Shown in pieces: positions 17,257 through 26,521 of a stretch of 40,764 nucleotides of DNA. The notes beneath the pieces were generated by a model that saw nothing but the letters and a program-made list of their open reading frames with translations, searched no databases and was not told the DNA's origin. Origin of the DNA: a virus (Duplodnaviria; Caudoviricetes). A program made the translations under genes and the position numbers. Location of the stretch: positions 1 through 40,764 of IMG/VR virus record IMGVR_UViG_3300024310_000017, one strand, 5' to 3'. Position 1 is the stretch's first letter. Each line of letters begins with the position of its first letter.

Positions 17257-17715
17257 TCAAACGAAGGTAACTTCACACACCGTCACCTCGTAGCTGAAGA
17301 AATCCACAAACGCGCGCCGATCTGGCTCATGTGGAACCTGTCCCTGCCGCACCACGCCAAAACAGTGGAAATCGCCGGCCCCCGTGGATAGCAATGCGGC
17401 CAGGTCGCGCTGCGGGATATTGAGCGCGCGCTGGCAGGCCCGGACGTTCTCTGCATGCAGCTCCTCCGGCAAAGGATCGTCCTCCAGAGCTTGGTCCGCG
17501 CTGCCCCAGACTCCCACCAGGACGCGGTATTTGAAGTTCCCGGTGTTCAGAGGCTCCTCGCGGCTTCCGGACGCATCTACCGTCACGCAGGGCAGCCCGC
17601 GGGGCGTGCGCTGATTCTCCTGGCCGGTATAAAACTTGACGACTGCGGTATCTAGCTCGCTGGTATTCCGGAGCGTGTCTACGAAAGCCGCCTCAATCTT
17701 TTGCTTCAGACTCAT
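17257..17715 (-). CDS. Putative tail terminator protein
   Basis: ATG 17715 (MSLKQKIE) overlaps the upstream stop; LPCVTV...YRVLVGVW pattern; synteny. Confidence 0.6.
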   Translation of the reverse strand: MSLKQKIEAAFVDTLRNTSELDTAVVKFYTGQENQRTPRGLPCVTVDASGSREEPLNTGNFKYRVLVGVWGSADQALEDDPLPEELHAENVRACQRALNIPQRDLAALLSTGAGDFHCFGVVRQGQVPHEPDRRAFVDFFSYEVTVCEVTFV

Positions 17716-18404
17716 GCGGCCTTGTTGGCCATCTCGACGGCTCGTTCGGTCATCTTGCGTTCCACGTATTCGACCATGGACGCCCGCTCCTCCTCGACGG
17801 CGCGGGAGAGGGCATCCCGCATCAAATCCTGGAGGCGCTGAGCATTGGCTACTTTTGGGGTGCGCGTCGGCCATGCCCGGTTGGCGATTTGAGCAGCTGC
17901 GGTGAATCCCGGGTGCGCGACGACGGAAGACCCTATCGCTTTGCTGCCAATTCGGATCCCGCGCTCCGAGGCATACTTGGCCGCCGATGGAACGTAAGGC
18001 GCTATGTCGCGCATTGCCCAGACCCAGCCGGCCTTTGCGAATCCGACAGCGGCTTTGCGCGCATTGATGATCTTGAGCGCGGCGGCCTCCATGACAGCCC
18101 CGGATAATCCCGGCTCGCCTTTATGTCTCTGGCGGGCATTCACGATGAGGTTGATTCGCGCCACGCCTTTCCTGCTCCTGCGGATCACGGTCTTGCCGGA
18201 TCTGCGGTCCACGATGATCTTCTGTCGAAGCTCGCGCTCGATCTGGGACGAGCGTGCCGCGGGAGTGTATTTGAGGGCCTTGAGACAGATGAAAAACGCC
18301 TTGGTGTTGACCACTTCGGCGATGTCCTTCTTGGTGTGCTCCATGTATTGCTGGAGCGTGGCAGAGAAGGCGCGGGTATCGATCTGGATTGAGACATCGG
18401 GCAT
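17712..18404 (-). CDS. Neck/tail completion protein (gp10/gpZ-like position)
   Basis: Basic protein, VSIQIDTRAFSATL N-terminus; synteny. Confidence 0.55.
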   Translation of the reverse strand: MPDVSIQIDTRAFSATLQQYMEHTKKDIAEVVNTKAFFICLKALKYTPAARSSQIERELRQKIIVDRRSGKTVIRRSRKGVARINLIVNARQRHKGEPGLSGAVMEAAALKIINARKAAVGFAKAGWVWAMRDIAPYVPSAAKYASERGIRIGSKAIGSSVVAHPGFTAAAQIANRAWPTRTPKVANAQRLQDLMRDALSRAVEEERASMVEYVERKMTERAVEMANKAA

Positions 18405-18411
18405 AAACTGT

Positions 18412-18735
18412 TCAGCGGTTAATGCTGATCAGGTCAAGCCAAAGGAAGACGTTATGAATGATGCGGACCCGCCGAATCTTATAGACAACTCCCTCAAACG
18501 TCGCGTGCTCGCCTGAAATCGGAAGAACGTTGTCGGCGAAAGATGAACGGTTCAGCCGTAGCTTAAGCGAAATCTCCTCCGGGTTTCCATCAGGGCCGAT
18601 AACGATCTCATTACTATATGTGTTGCTCATGCAGTCGTAATCGGAACCTTTCCAAGTTACGACCGACGGAAGATCGACCTGCGCCTCCGCGATGTCTGCC
18701 TCGATTTGTTTTTCGAGCGCAGTCTTGTCTGGCAT
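18412..18735 (-). CDS. Head closure / head-tail joining protein (FII-like)
   Basis: 107 aa; PISGEHATFEGVVYKIRRV pattern; synteny. Confidence 0.6.
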   Translation of the reverse strand: MPDKTALEKQIEADIAEAQVDLPSVVTWKGSDYDCMSNTYSNEIVIGPDGNPEEISLKLRLNRSSFADNVLPISGEHATFEGVVYKIRRVRIIHNVFLWLDLISINR

Positions 18736-18762
18736 TCTTCAGCAATGTTCCATGTGGAACTT

Positions 18763-19191
18763 TTAGCGCGTGGCTGGCTTAATCGAATAGCTCACGGTCA
18801 CATTCGTAAGCGCCACTGCATTGACGTTCTCGACCGTAGAGGGCCGAAGATAGCCCGTCGCACCAAAGGTCAGATTAGTAATGAAATTGGTCGTGGTGGC
18901 AGCCACGACTAAAGACGGCGTTGTTTCCCACGTGGTGCCATTGAGGCTTCGGGCAAAGCGGACGGTGCAATTACTGTTGCCGGCCACGGGCATCTTGAAA
19001 CTGACGAACACCCCGATCTGCTCATCCTGGAGCAGTCGCATTACCGGAACCGTGTAGGTGTTCGTTGCTGCCGCGGCGACATTGTTGGTTCCACCGCTAA
19101 TAAGCGTGACCACGCCATAGCTCTGGGCATTGGCCATGGTGGAGACGCACAGCAAGAGAAGGGTAAGTAACGCGGTTTGAATGGTCTTCAT
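18763..19191 (-). CDS. Signal-peptide-bearing beta-sandwich protein in the capsid-decoration position
   Basis: MKTIQTALLTLLLLCVSTMANA-Q; RFARSLNGTTW...GYLRP; 5 TN dipeptides. Confidence 0.75.
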   Translation of the reverse strand: MKTIQTALLTLLLLCVSTMANAQSYGVVTLISGGTNNVAAAATNTYTVPVMRLLQDEQIGVFVSFKMPVAGNSNCTVRFARSLNGTTWETTPSLVVAATTTNFITNLTFGATGYLRPSTVENVNAVALTNVTVSYSIKPATR

Positions 19192-19445
19192 TTCTTCGTT
19201 TTCTTTGTAATTGGAATCGATACCGGAACCGGCGGTTCCTGTACTCGCGATGACTTAGGCGTGATTGCCGGCCGGGCCCGTCGGGTAATTACCCCGTTTT
19301 CAATCATCGCCACATCGGATAGGTAAACGTTCCGGGAATTGTCACGGAACACGGCCAGTGCCCGGACCGGATCAAAGCTAGCGTGGAGGAGCTCCAGCTT
19401 CCCATCTACAGTCTCACCGATGACAATGCGCGCGCGTGAGATCAT
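19188..19445 (-). CDS. Hypothetical protein downstream of major capsid
   Basis: Abuts the capsid stop; ATGA-coupled downstream. Confidence 0.65.
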   Translation of the reverse strand: MISRARIVIGETVDGKLELLHASFDPVRALAVFRDNSRNVYLSDVAMIENGVITRRARPAITPKSSRVQEPPVPVSIPITKKTKK

Positions 19446-20366
19446 TTAACTGCTAATGACGAGCACGCCGGTCTTGCCGTTGTTTGTCTCATTGCCCTTG
19501 GCAACGCCGTACATCCAGACGATGCGGGTATTGACATTGAGGGTATCGGGCTCGATCCATTCGTTGACCATCACGGAGAGGCCGGTTCGTGGATCTGTAA
19601 CGATGCCGATATTGCCTGGGAAACCCGCATTCGGTAGAACCTCGCGCGGATCTTTGGGCACGCGGCAGGCCATGATGCAAGTGGCATAGTAGCCTGCGAA
19701 GCCGACCATATTGCCCGTGGTAGGCATCGCGGGATATTCGGCTAACTGCAATCCAGCGACATTGGGCAACAATCCCGACGTGATGGCGTTCTGATTGCCG
19801 GGATTGTTGAACGCGGCAACAATCTTTGGATCGGTCAGCAGCGATGCATAGACATCTGAGTTCGCAATGTAATAGCGCCTCATATCTGGGACGCCCATCG
19901 TGTTGAGCGTCTTGCGGACATCGACCAAATGATCGTAATCCCAGCCGGCGCCCATCGTGATAGGGGTGGTCGTGAAGTTCGCCGCCGTCCAGAGCGCGGC
20001 GACAGCATCAACCATATGATTGGCCATGGCGACCGCGAGCGGTTCGGCACTTTCCTCGATGAGATTGCGCGACGTTCCGCTGTATTGCTGCGGCGTAAAT
20101 GCGTGATAAACCTGCTTGAATTTGTCTAGCGTAATGCTGACATCGAGATCCGAGCGCGTACCGACAGCATCGCCGAAATCGCCAACCACGGCATTGGCAA
20201 AGGTGCGCGTGATGACATTCTGGCCGAAATACGCGACGGGCGAGCCGGTCTCGCGATCTACCACGTCTAGGGCGATGAGCCGCAGCGCGGGCCGCATGGT
20301 GTAAATGAGTTCCAGAGCGCGCTGGACGATCAGCGAGGTGGCCAGTGTGCCGAGTGTGTTGGGCAT
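19446..20366 (-). CDS. Major capsid protein (HK97 fold, P22-coat-like)
   Basis: MPNTLGTL; VSITLDK; AVAMANHMVD; RKTLNTMGVP..RR; MYGVAKG; follows protease and scaffold. Confidence 0.88.
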   Translation of the reverse strand: MPNTLGTLATSLIVQRALELIYTMRPALRLIALDVVDRETGSPVAYFGQNVITRTFANAVVGDFGDAVGTRSDLDVSITLDKFKQVYHAFTPQQYSGTSRNLIEESAEPLAVAMANHMVDAVAALWTAANFTTTPITMGAGWDYDHLVDVRKTLNTMGVPDMRRYYIANSDVYASLLTDPKIVAAFNNPGNQNAITSGLLPNVAGLQLAEYPAMPTTGNMVGFAGYYATCIMACRVPKDPREVLPNAGFPGNIGIVTDPRTGLSVMVNEWIEPDTLNVNTRIVWMYGVAKGNETNNGKTGVLVISS

Positions 20367-20389
20367 AGATCAGAGAGTTTTAGAAAGAA

Positions 20390-20851
20390 TCAGCCGAGGA
20401 GTGTCTCGCGGTGCTTCGCGTAAAACGTGGCCCGCGCTTTGGGATCTGTGATTTTGTTGAACTCGGCCATCAGCTCCTCGCGGCTGTTGCTGGTATTGGC
20501 CGAAAGGGAGGATGGCATCTCCTTGGAGGCGATGCCCTGGCCGGCGACTAAGGCAACGGCTCGTTCGCCCAAACTCTTGGCCTCGGAATTGAGCTTGGCG
20601 ATCTCGGCGTCCTTGGCCGCGACCGTTGCCTTCAGATTGTCGATCTCGATGTCTTTGGCGGCGATCGTGGTCGCGCCCGATTCGTCCTTTTGCTGCAATG
20701 CGGCCAAGCTATCGTTTGCCGCCTTCAGTTGCGTGGAGAGCGCCTCTTTCTCGGCGCGGGCCTGGGTCAGCTCAGCGTCAAGGGATACTTTGCTGGAGAG
20801 GAGCGCCTTTAGCTCGGCAAAGCCGGTCGTAACCGTCTCGATGAGATTCAT
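20390..20851 (-). CDS. Capsid scaffolding protein
   Basis: Coiled coil with C-terminal ITDPKARATFY; between protease and capsid; ATG 20851. Confidence 0.7.
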   Translation of the reverse strand: MNLIETVTTGFAELKALLSSKVSLDAELTQARAEKEALSTQLKAANDSLAALQQKDESGATTIAAKDIEIDNLKATVAAKDAEIAKLNSEAKSLGERAVALVAGQGIASKEMPSSLSANTSNSREELMAEFNKITDPKARATFYAKHRETLLG

Positions 20852-20888
20852 TCTGAGAATCCCAGCGGGAGTCAACCGTCAGTGGCTT

Positions 20889-21704
20889 TTAGATTAGGGA
20901 AAGCACTTCCGCCCGGCTGGAAACGATCTGGTCTAGTAGCCCAATATCCAGGGCTTGCTGTCCGGTGAAGACCTGCCCCTGCAAATGCTCATCCTGGAGC
21001 GGGCGATGCATCTGCATGTGATCCTTGAACTCGCCACCCATTTTCTTGACTAGGCTCTGGACGTATTCACGCTGATCATCGGTCATCGGCTTGACTGGGT
21101 TTCCAGTGCCCTTGTATTTTCCAGAGGCGAACACGTTCACCGTGACGCCCATCATGTCGAGCATTTTGCTGATATCGAGCGTTTGTAGAATTGTCCCAAT
21201 GGAACCGTTGATGGATGATCGGACGCCGAAGCGGGCGGAAACCCCGGCGCTGAAGTACTCGGCAGCCGATGCGGAGAGCTGACCATTGAAGCTGTAGATG
21301 TCCACGACGCCGCCGATCTTGTCCACTTTGGCGGCAAGCTCCGGGGTTCCCGCCACGGTTCCTCCGGGAGAATTGATGTCGAGCAGGATCGCGCGCGCGC
21401 CGCGCGCAAGAGATTCATCCAGGTCGTCCTCGATGTCGCTGTGGGATGTCACCCCGTATCGATATTTGTCGGAGCCAGTCGCGCCTTTGACCATCGCACC
21501 ATGCACCGGGACAATGGCAATCCCATCGTCAGTCATCTCCAATGCCGGAATCGAGTCGCCATAGCGATCATGGGCCGGGCGTTTGGCCATTGGGCCGGAC
21601 TCTTCTTCGGTGGAATCGCGGGCGACAGAGAGCAGGAAGGGTTCGATCGCGTCTGGGCAGATGTGCCAGCTCTGACCGAAAAATCTTTGAATCCGATTGT
21701 TCAC
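20889..21704 (-). CDS. Head maturation protease, peptidase S49 (lambda gpC-like)
   Basis: LDINSPGGTV, SASAAEY, GSIG, SGKYKG, GQVFTGQQALDIGLLD motifs. Confidence 0.92.
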   Translation of the reverse strand: MNNRIQRFFGQSWHICPDAIEPFLLSVARDSTEEESGPMAKRPAHDRYGDSIPALEMTDDGIAIVPVHGAMVKGATGSDKYRYGVTSHSDIEDDLDESLARGARAILLDINSPGGTVAGTPELAAKVDKIGGVVDIYSFNGQLSASAAEYFSAGVSARFGVRSSINGSIGTILQTLDISKMLDMMGVTVNVFASGKYKGTGNPVKPMTDDQREYVQSLVKKMGGEFKDHMQMHRPLQDEHLQGQVFTGQQALDIGLLDQIVSSRAEVLSLI

Positions 21705-21716
21705 AGAATGAGATGC

Positions 21717-22151
21717 CTAGTCATCAAGTAAGAGAAGGGCGACCGCCTCCTCTTCCCAGCGCGTGTCCAGCACACGACGGCCTCGGGCTAGAGATCGGGC
21801 TTGGGGCGCAATGACGCGACCGCTGGCCAGGACTGGAGCCAGGTTGCGCCCGTGTTGCGCCTTGGCTGGGAACGCCGAGCCTCGGATGGCTCTGCCGGAG
21901 CCCGAGACGAGCATGATCGTTCCGAGTCCCTGGCTTTGACCGGCAGCGCGGATCGCCGCGCCTTGGCCGGATATTTCCTGGACGTATTGGCGCCGATAGG
22001 ATGGGCGCCACTCGAAGATCCGCGGGATCCGCCGGCGCCGCTTTTCGGGCCGTCCATCGCCCTTTCCTGGGGCCGGGCTTGGCGGCGCTACAACCGGCTG
22101 ATCCGAAACCTCGCCAAAATACGGTTCCCCAAATTGGAACTCGCCAAACAT
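21717..22151 (-). CDS. Hypothetical virion protein
   Basis: MFGEFQFGEPYFGE N-terminus and EEEAVALLLLDD C-terminus; packed in the operon. Confidence 0.65.
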   Translation of the reverse strand: MFGEFQFGEPYFGEVSDQPVVAPPSPAPGKGDGRPEKRRRRIPRIFEWRPSYRRQYVQEISGQGAAIRAAGQSQGLGTIMLVSGSGRAIRGSAFPAKAQHGRNLAPVLASGRVIAPQARSLARGRRVLDTRWEEEAVALLLLDD

Positions 22152-22580
22152 TTATGGAGGCCCGCCCAGTCCGGCCGTGGTGCTGACCTCAACTTTGAGC
22201 GGTTTCTTAGCCGTGGCAGCGAGCAGCAGATGAAGCTCGATCTTGTTGGCGCTGACAGTTCCCATCCAACAGTTGAACGACGGGCAGGATGTAGACGCGC
22301 CCGTGGTGAGGTTCGTAGCGAGCAAGGTCAGTGGAGTTCCCGGAGGCAAATTGTGCTGCGTGCACGTCGGGCAAGCCCGAGGCTTTTGCACGTAGATTTG
22401 AAAATTCTGGATGCCAAACCAACAAGTGGTCAGATCCCATGAGATGACCTGCTCGATTCCAGGCTGAAGCGTGAGCGGCAATCCGCCATTCATCGCTTTC
22501 ATCAGTTCGATCTCGCATTGGGTTTGAGCCATAAGCGAGAACGGCAGAATCGAGAACAGGAATAGGAGTTTTGTTTTCAT
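22152..22580 (-). CDS. Exported Cys-rich small protein
   Basis: Signal peptide MKTKLLFLFSILPFSLMA-Q; six Cys. Confidence 0.75.
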   Translation of the reverse strand: MKTKLLFLFSILPFSLMAQTQCEIELMKAMNGGLPLTLQPGIEQVISWDLTTCWFGIQNFQIYVQKPRACPTCTQHNLPPGTPLTLLATNLTTGASTSCPSFNCWMGTVSANKIELHLLLAATAKKPLKVEVSTTAGLGGPP

Positions 22581-25500
22581 TATCTAGGCCCAGGGCTCCA
22601 ACGGATTCGCCTATAGTCGTTGGTGATTGCAGCGACAACCCGCGAAGTTCCCTGGAAAGCAAAAATGTTGGTCGTGCCATTCACCTGAGCCAATGGCATG
22701 TTGGTCCTGTAAGCTGTGAGCGCGGCATTTCCGAACGATCCCGCGGCCGGGCTCTGCGCGATGACTTCGGCCTCAACACGCTGAGCGGAACCCCCGGTGC
22801 CCGTGATGGTGATAATCGCTTTCCAGGGACAGTTGCTAATGGTCAGGAATCCGGTGTCAAACACCGTAGAGGTGCCATAAATGCATTTGAATCCGTTGGT
22901 GTTCGCCGTTCCGAATTTGAAATTGCCGGAAAGGTAGAATTCAAGCTCGTCTCCGACGTTGGTGAGCGTATTTCCCGGAACCGTGAACGTGAATAGATTC
23001 GTGTACACAGCGGTGGCCTGAAGATTTGTCGTTGCGGTGACCGCATCCAGGAACACTGTGCCCCCCATCCATGCGTTACTAGTTCCTGCTCCGGCCGAGA
23101 TCGGAATTGCCTTGTTTAGGATCGGTCGCTGCGAGGTCGTTGCCCATCTGGCTATGATGTTGGTCGCCGGGCCGGTGGCATTGGTCGTCACGTCGAACCA
23201 GAACGCATAGACCTGATTTGAATGGATCAGAACGTCGATGGCGTTGGCATTGGTCGGCGAATTCATCCACCGGATGTTGGCGGCTGCCGCAGTGAAAGTG
23301 TAATTGTAATCCGCCGCCGCGGCAGTATCCCCGACGACGTAAACGATCATGGAAGCGCCTCCTACCGCATTCGTGAGGTTATTTGTGCGGCTGCCAGTGA
23401 TTGCATTGGTCATCGTCTTGATCCTGGCTCCAGTGAAATCCAGGTTTGTGAACACGGTCTTGCCGTTGAACTCCTCCGTCGTGATGTAATTAGTCAAGAC
23501 CGACGACCCGCCCTGCCGGCTGTTCCATGTGTTGGTCGAAAAGTTGACCCAATTGTTCAGCTCGCCAATGGTATCGACGAAATTGGTTCCGCCTGATGTC
23601 CTCACCGAAGTATTGCTGCCGCCGAAAACCTGATTCGTATATCCGGTATAAGAGATGGCTGTGAGATTGGTCAGGCGCGTGTTTCCTGGCTGGAACGATC
23701 CAGACCAGCTGAGCCCGCCCGATCCGTCGTTGGCTAAAACCGTGCTCGCGCCGCCCTGCGCACTCGGCCAGGAATAGGCGACTCGTTTTAACAGCTTGAG
23801 ATCACCGATTCCGTCAACCTCAAAAACCGGAGTGTTCGAGTTTTGCAAACTCAAAAGCGTGTCGGTATTCGTCAGTTCATACCAAGTGTTGAACATGTAG
23901 TTGGTGGGGTAGGTTAGCCCAATGCCTGGAGACAAGAAAACGCCGCGTTCACCCGATCCAATTTTATCAGTCAGCTTTAATGTGGAGTTGGTGAAGTTAT
24001 CCGCGGTGACAGCAAATATGCATTGTTTATTAACTCCATCGAAAGTTCTCATGGTAAGTTCGGAGGAATTAGTATTCACCCCGAACAGGCAGGTTCCGAA
24101 GTAGCCAACTGTGCTTTGGGCGGCTTTGGTCTGGATGAACGCCGAATTGGGCTCACCGATGGTTGTGTCACGTATGGCATTAAAAGCGTAGAGATTTACC
24201 GGAGTGGCGTTGTTTCTACCGATGAAAACACCGCCAAATGGGCCAACCGTTAGCGCATTGCTCCCTCCATTGTATATGTTGAAAAGTTTGCTGGCGGCGT
24301 TTGCCCTATATGTTCTGGCATCCCAATAGAAGTTTGTCCCGACCCCATCATCGGGCACATCGACGCGCAACAGGATGTTGGTTGGAAAAGAGATCGGATT
24401 TAGCGAGACTGTGTTGTTAGTCCAGACCAGATCCGCGTAGTTCGTAATCGCTCCGGTGCCCGCGAGATTCGTCAGTATTGCTGAGCCACCCTGCCGATCA
24501 TTCCAGACGTTCGTCGGATAGAGGCTCCAGTTGAAATCTGCAGCAGAATTCGTGAGATCACCCTGGGCATTGATTACCGCATTCTGTGAAACGGCAAGAT
24601 GCGGGAGATTGAGCGCCTGATACACAAGCAAGTTGGTAAGGAACGCACCATTTTTGATCGCCAGTGGAACTCCTAGAAACTGATTTGCATTCGTGCTTAA
24701 CCCCGAAGCGCCCGCACTTGTCTTGTCCACATTCCACCCCAGATTTCCCGCTCCGTCATTGGTCAGAACAAACCCGTCTGAACCGTAAGCTGATGGGAAA
24801 GCATAAATCAAATTCCGGAAAACGTATTGCGTGACGTTGGTCCCGAACATTATCTGATTGTTTGCCGTGATCCTAGAATTGGCCCCGAGCGCGACCGAAT
24901 TGGTCAGAAATCCGCTGATCGCTGTGGCTCCATTACCAACGGCGACCATGTTCGTGATATCATCCACTCCGTCAAATGTTCCGCGGCCAATAGCTACGAC
25001 AGAATCGGGCCGATCGGCGTTGTGCATTGATTCAAAACCGACGGCTAGATTGTAGCTTCCTCCACCCTGCGCGTTCAGCATTGCGCTATGACCCAAAGCC
25101 GTGTTGCCAAGACCCTGCAACTTATCAAGCGCGCCCCAACCCAATGCCGTGCCGTAATACGAATCGGTTAAAGCATCCATTGTTGAGGATCCGATGGCGG
25201 TGTTTTCAAATCCAGTCACGAACCCCTGCAACGCTTGGTAACCGACTGCTGTGTTGTCGCTGCGATATTGGTTCTGCTCCAATGCTCCTTTTCCGACCGA
25301 CGTGTTAAACGACCCACTTGAATTGCTGTAGCTAGAATGGTGCCCGATTGCCGTGTTAGCTTCGGTTCCTCCTCCTAGGCTCAGCGCATCCTGCCCGATT
25401 GCTGTGTTATAAAATCCACCTAAATCTGGCAGAGCATTACTTCCGAAGGCGGTGTTTGTCCCGTCCGCCCTAATCAACCGGCCGAAAATTCGGTTTGTTG

Positions 25501-26521
25501 CGAAAGTGATCCTGGGCTGGTCCACGACTGGATAGAGATCGCCTGCTGCATTTGTCCAGACCAGATCGGCGTAGTTCGTGATCGCGCCTGTGCCCGCAAG
25601 ATTTGTCAGGATCGCACTGCCCCCCTGCCGAGAATTCCAAACGTTCGTTGAATAGATCGCCCAGTTATTGAGTTGTCCGGTCGTATCGACAAAGTTCGTG
25701 CCTCCCGCCGTCCGCACGGAGATATTGGTCCCGCCAAAAACTTGGTTTGTGTAACCCTTGTAAGAATTCCCGGCGAGGTTGGTCAGTGTCGCATCGGCAG
25801 GCTGAAAGTCTGTGGCGTTGGTCAACGCGCCAGTGCCCGAAAGATTAGTCAGAATCGTACTGGCAGGCTGCCGCTGGGTGATCCAATTAGTGACAGAAGC
25901 TGAGTTCGTGGCCGCTGTTACGTAGTTACTGACCGCGTTGGCCCAGTTGGTAAGGAACGTCGTGGATACCACGTTGGCCATTGTTCCTGTCGGAATGTTC
26001 GACCAATTAGTGAGATTGGCACTAGCTGGCTGGAAGTCCGCCGCATTCGTGAGCGCGCCAGTCCCAACGATATTGCTGAGGACCATGCTGGACGCCTGAA
26101 AGTCGGAGGCATTCGTCAGCGCCCCGGTGCCTTCAAGGTTGGTCAATATGAGAGAGCCACCCTGGCGACTGTTCCAAATGTTTGTGGTGTATTGGCTCCA
26201 GTTGGTCAACGCTTCGCTGGCGGGTTGGAAATCCGATGCGTTGGTCAAGGCTCCGGTCCCGGAGAGATTGGTCAGGATGGTGCTAGCTGGTTGGAATGGT
26301 CCTCCGGCTGCGCCCGCGGCCGAACCGTGGATGATATATCCGGTTCGGTTTGTCTTCTCCAGATAGATATTGCTTCCAGCCCAAAGATTCCCGAAGAAAA
26401 AGTTTGTCGGCGCGACCAGTCGTCCGGTTGAGTTGGTGGCCATAACGCTTCCGACAAACTGGGCCGCTCCCAGCCCGAGTCCGAGCATCGAGGCGACGAA
26501 GATCAGGAAAAGTTTTCTCAT
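22580..26521 (-). CDS. Giant repetitive fibre/adhesin-like protein with signal peptide and YadA-head-like repeats (1313 aa)
   Basis: ATG 26521 gives MRKLFLIFVASMLGLGLGAA-Q; ~14-aa NTAIG..AL repeats; internal duplications; PSA.G....L.NDG.G.L.W fibre motifs. Confidence 0.8.
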   Translation of the reverse strand: MRKLFLIFVASMLGLGLGAAQFVGSVMATNSTGRLVAPTNFFFGNLWAGSNIYLEKTNRTGYIIHGSAAGAAGGPFQPASTILTNLSGTGALTNASDFQPASEALTNWSQYTTNIWNSRQGGSLILTNLEGTGALTNASDFQASSMVLSNIVGTGALTNAADFQPASANLTNWSNIPTGTMANVVSTTFLTNWANAVSNYVTAATNSASVTNWITQRQPASTILTNLSGTGALTNATDFQPADATLTNLAGNSYKGYTNQVFGGTNISVRTAGGTNFVDTTGQLNNWAIYSTNVWNSRQGGSAILTNLAGTGAITNYADLVWTNAAGDLYPVVDQPRITFATNRIFGRLIRADGTNTAFGSNALPDLGGFYNTAIGQDALSLGGGTEANTAIGHHSSYSNSSGSFNTSVGKGALEQNQYRSDNTAVGYQALQGFVTGFENTAIGSSTMDALTDSYYGTALGWGALDKLQGLGNTALGHSAMLNAQGGGSYNLAVGFESMHNADRPDSVVAIGRGTFDGVDDITNMVAVGNGATAISGFLTNSVALGANSRITANNQIMFGTNVTQYVFRNLIYAFPSAYGSDGFVLTNDGAGNLGWNVDKTSAGASGLSTNANQFLGVPLAIKNGAFLTNLLVYQALNLPHLAVSQNAVINAQGDLTNSAADFNWSLYPTNVWNDRQGGSAILTNLAGTGAITNYADLVWTNNTVSLNPISFPTNILLRVDVPDDGVGTNFYWDARTYRANAASKLFNIYNGGSNALTVGPFGGVFIGRNNATPVNLYAFNAIRDTTIGEPNSAFIQTKAAQSTVGYFGTCLFGVNTNSSELTMRTFDGVNKQCIFAVTADNFTNSTLKLTDKIGSGERGVFLSPGIGLTYPTNYMFNTWYELTNTDTLLSLQNSNTPVFEVDGIGDLKLLKRVAYSWPSAQGGASTVLANDGSGGLSWSGSFQPGNTRLTNLTAISYTGYTNQVFGGSNTSVRTSGGTNFVDTIGELNNWVNFSTNTWNSRQGGSSVLTNYITTEEFNGKTVFTNLDFTGARIKTMTNAITGSRTNNLTNAVGGASMIVYVVGDTAAAADYNYTFTAAAANIRWMNSPTNANAIDVLIHSNQVYAFWFDVTTNATGPATNIIARWATTSQRPILNKAIPISAGAGTSNAWMGGTVFLDAVTATTNLQATAVYTNLFTFTVPGNTLTNVGDELEFYLSGNFKFGTANTNGFKCIYGTSTVFDTGFLTISNCPWKAIITITGTGGSAQRVEAEVIAQSPAAGSFGNAALTAYRTNMPLAQVNGTTNIFAFQGTSRVVAAITNDYRRIRWSPGPR

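Noticed and set aside
18747-18760. Palindrome GTTCCA-TG-TGGAAC between head genes
   Set aside because: Single occurrence with a 2-nt loop; no second copy noticed to support an operator.
25780-26300. CRISPR-like periodic repeats
   Set aside because: These are degenerate in-frame protein repeats without identical DNA repeats or unique spacers; no cas genes.
22580-26521. Diversity-generating retroelement (TR/VR) suggested by duplicated fibre segments
   Set aside because: No reverse transcriptase; differences between copies are synonymous and not adenine-specific; both copies are in the same coding frame.
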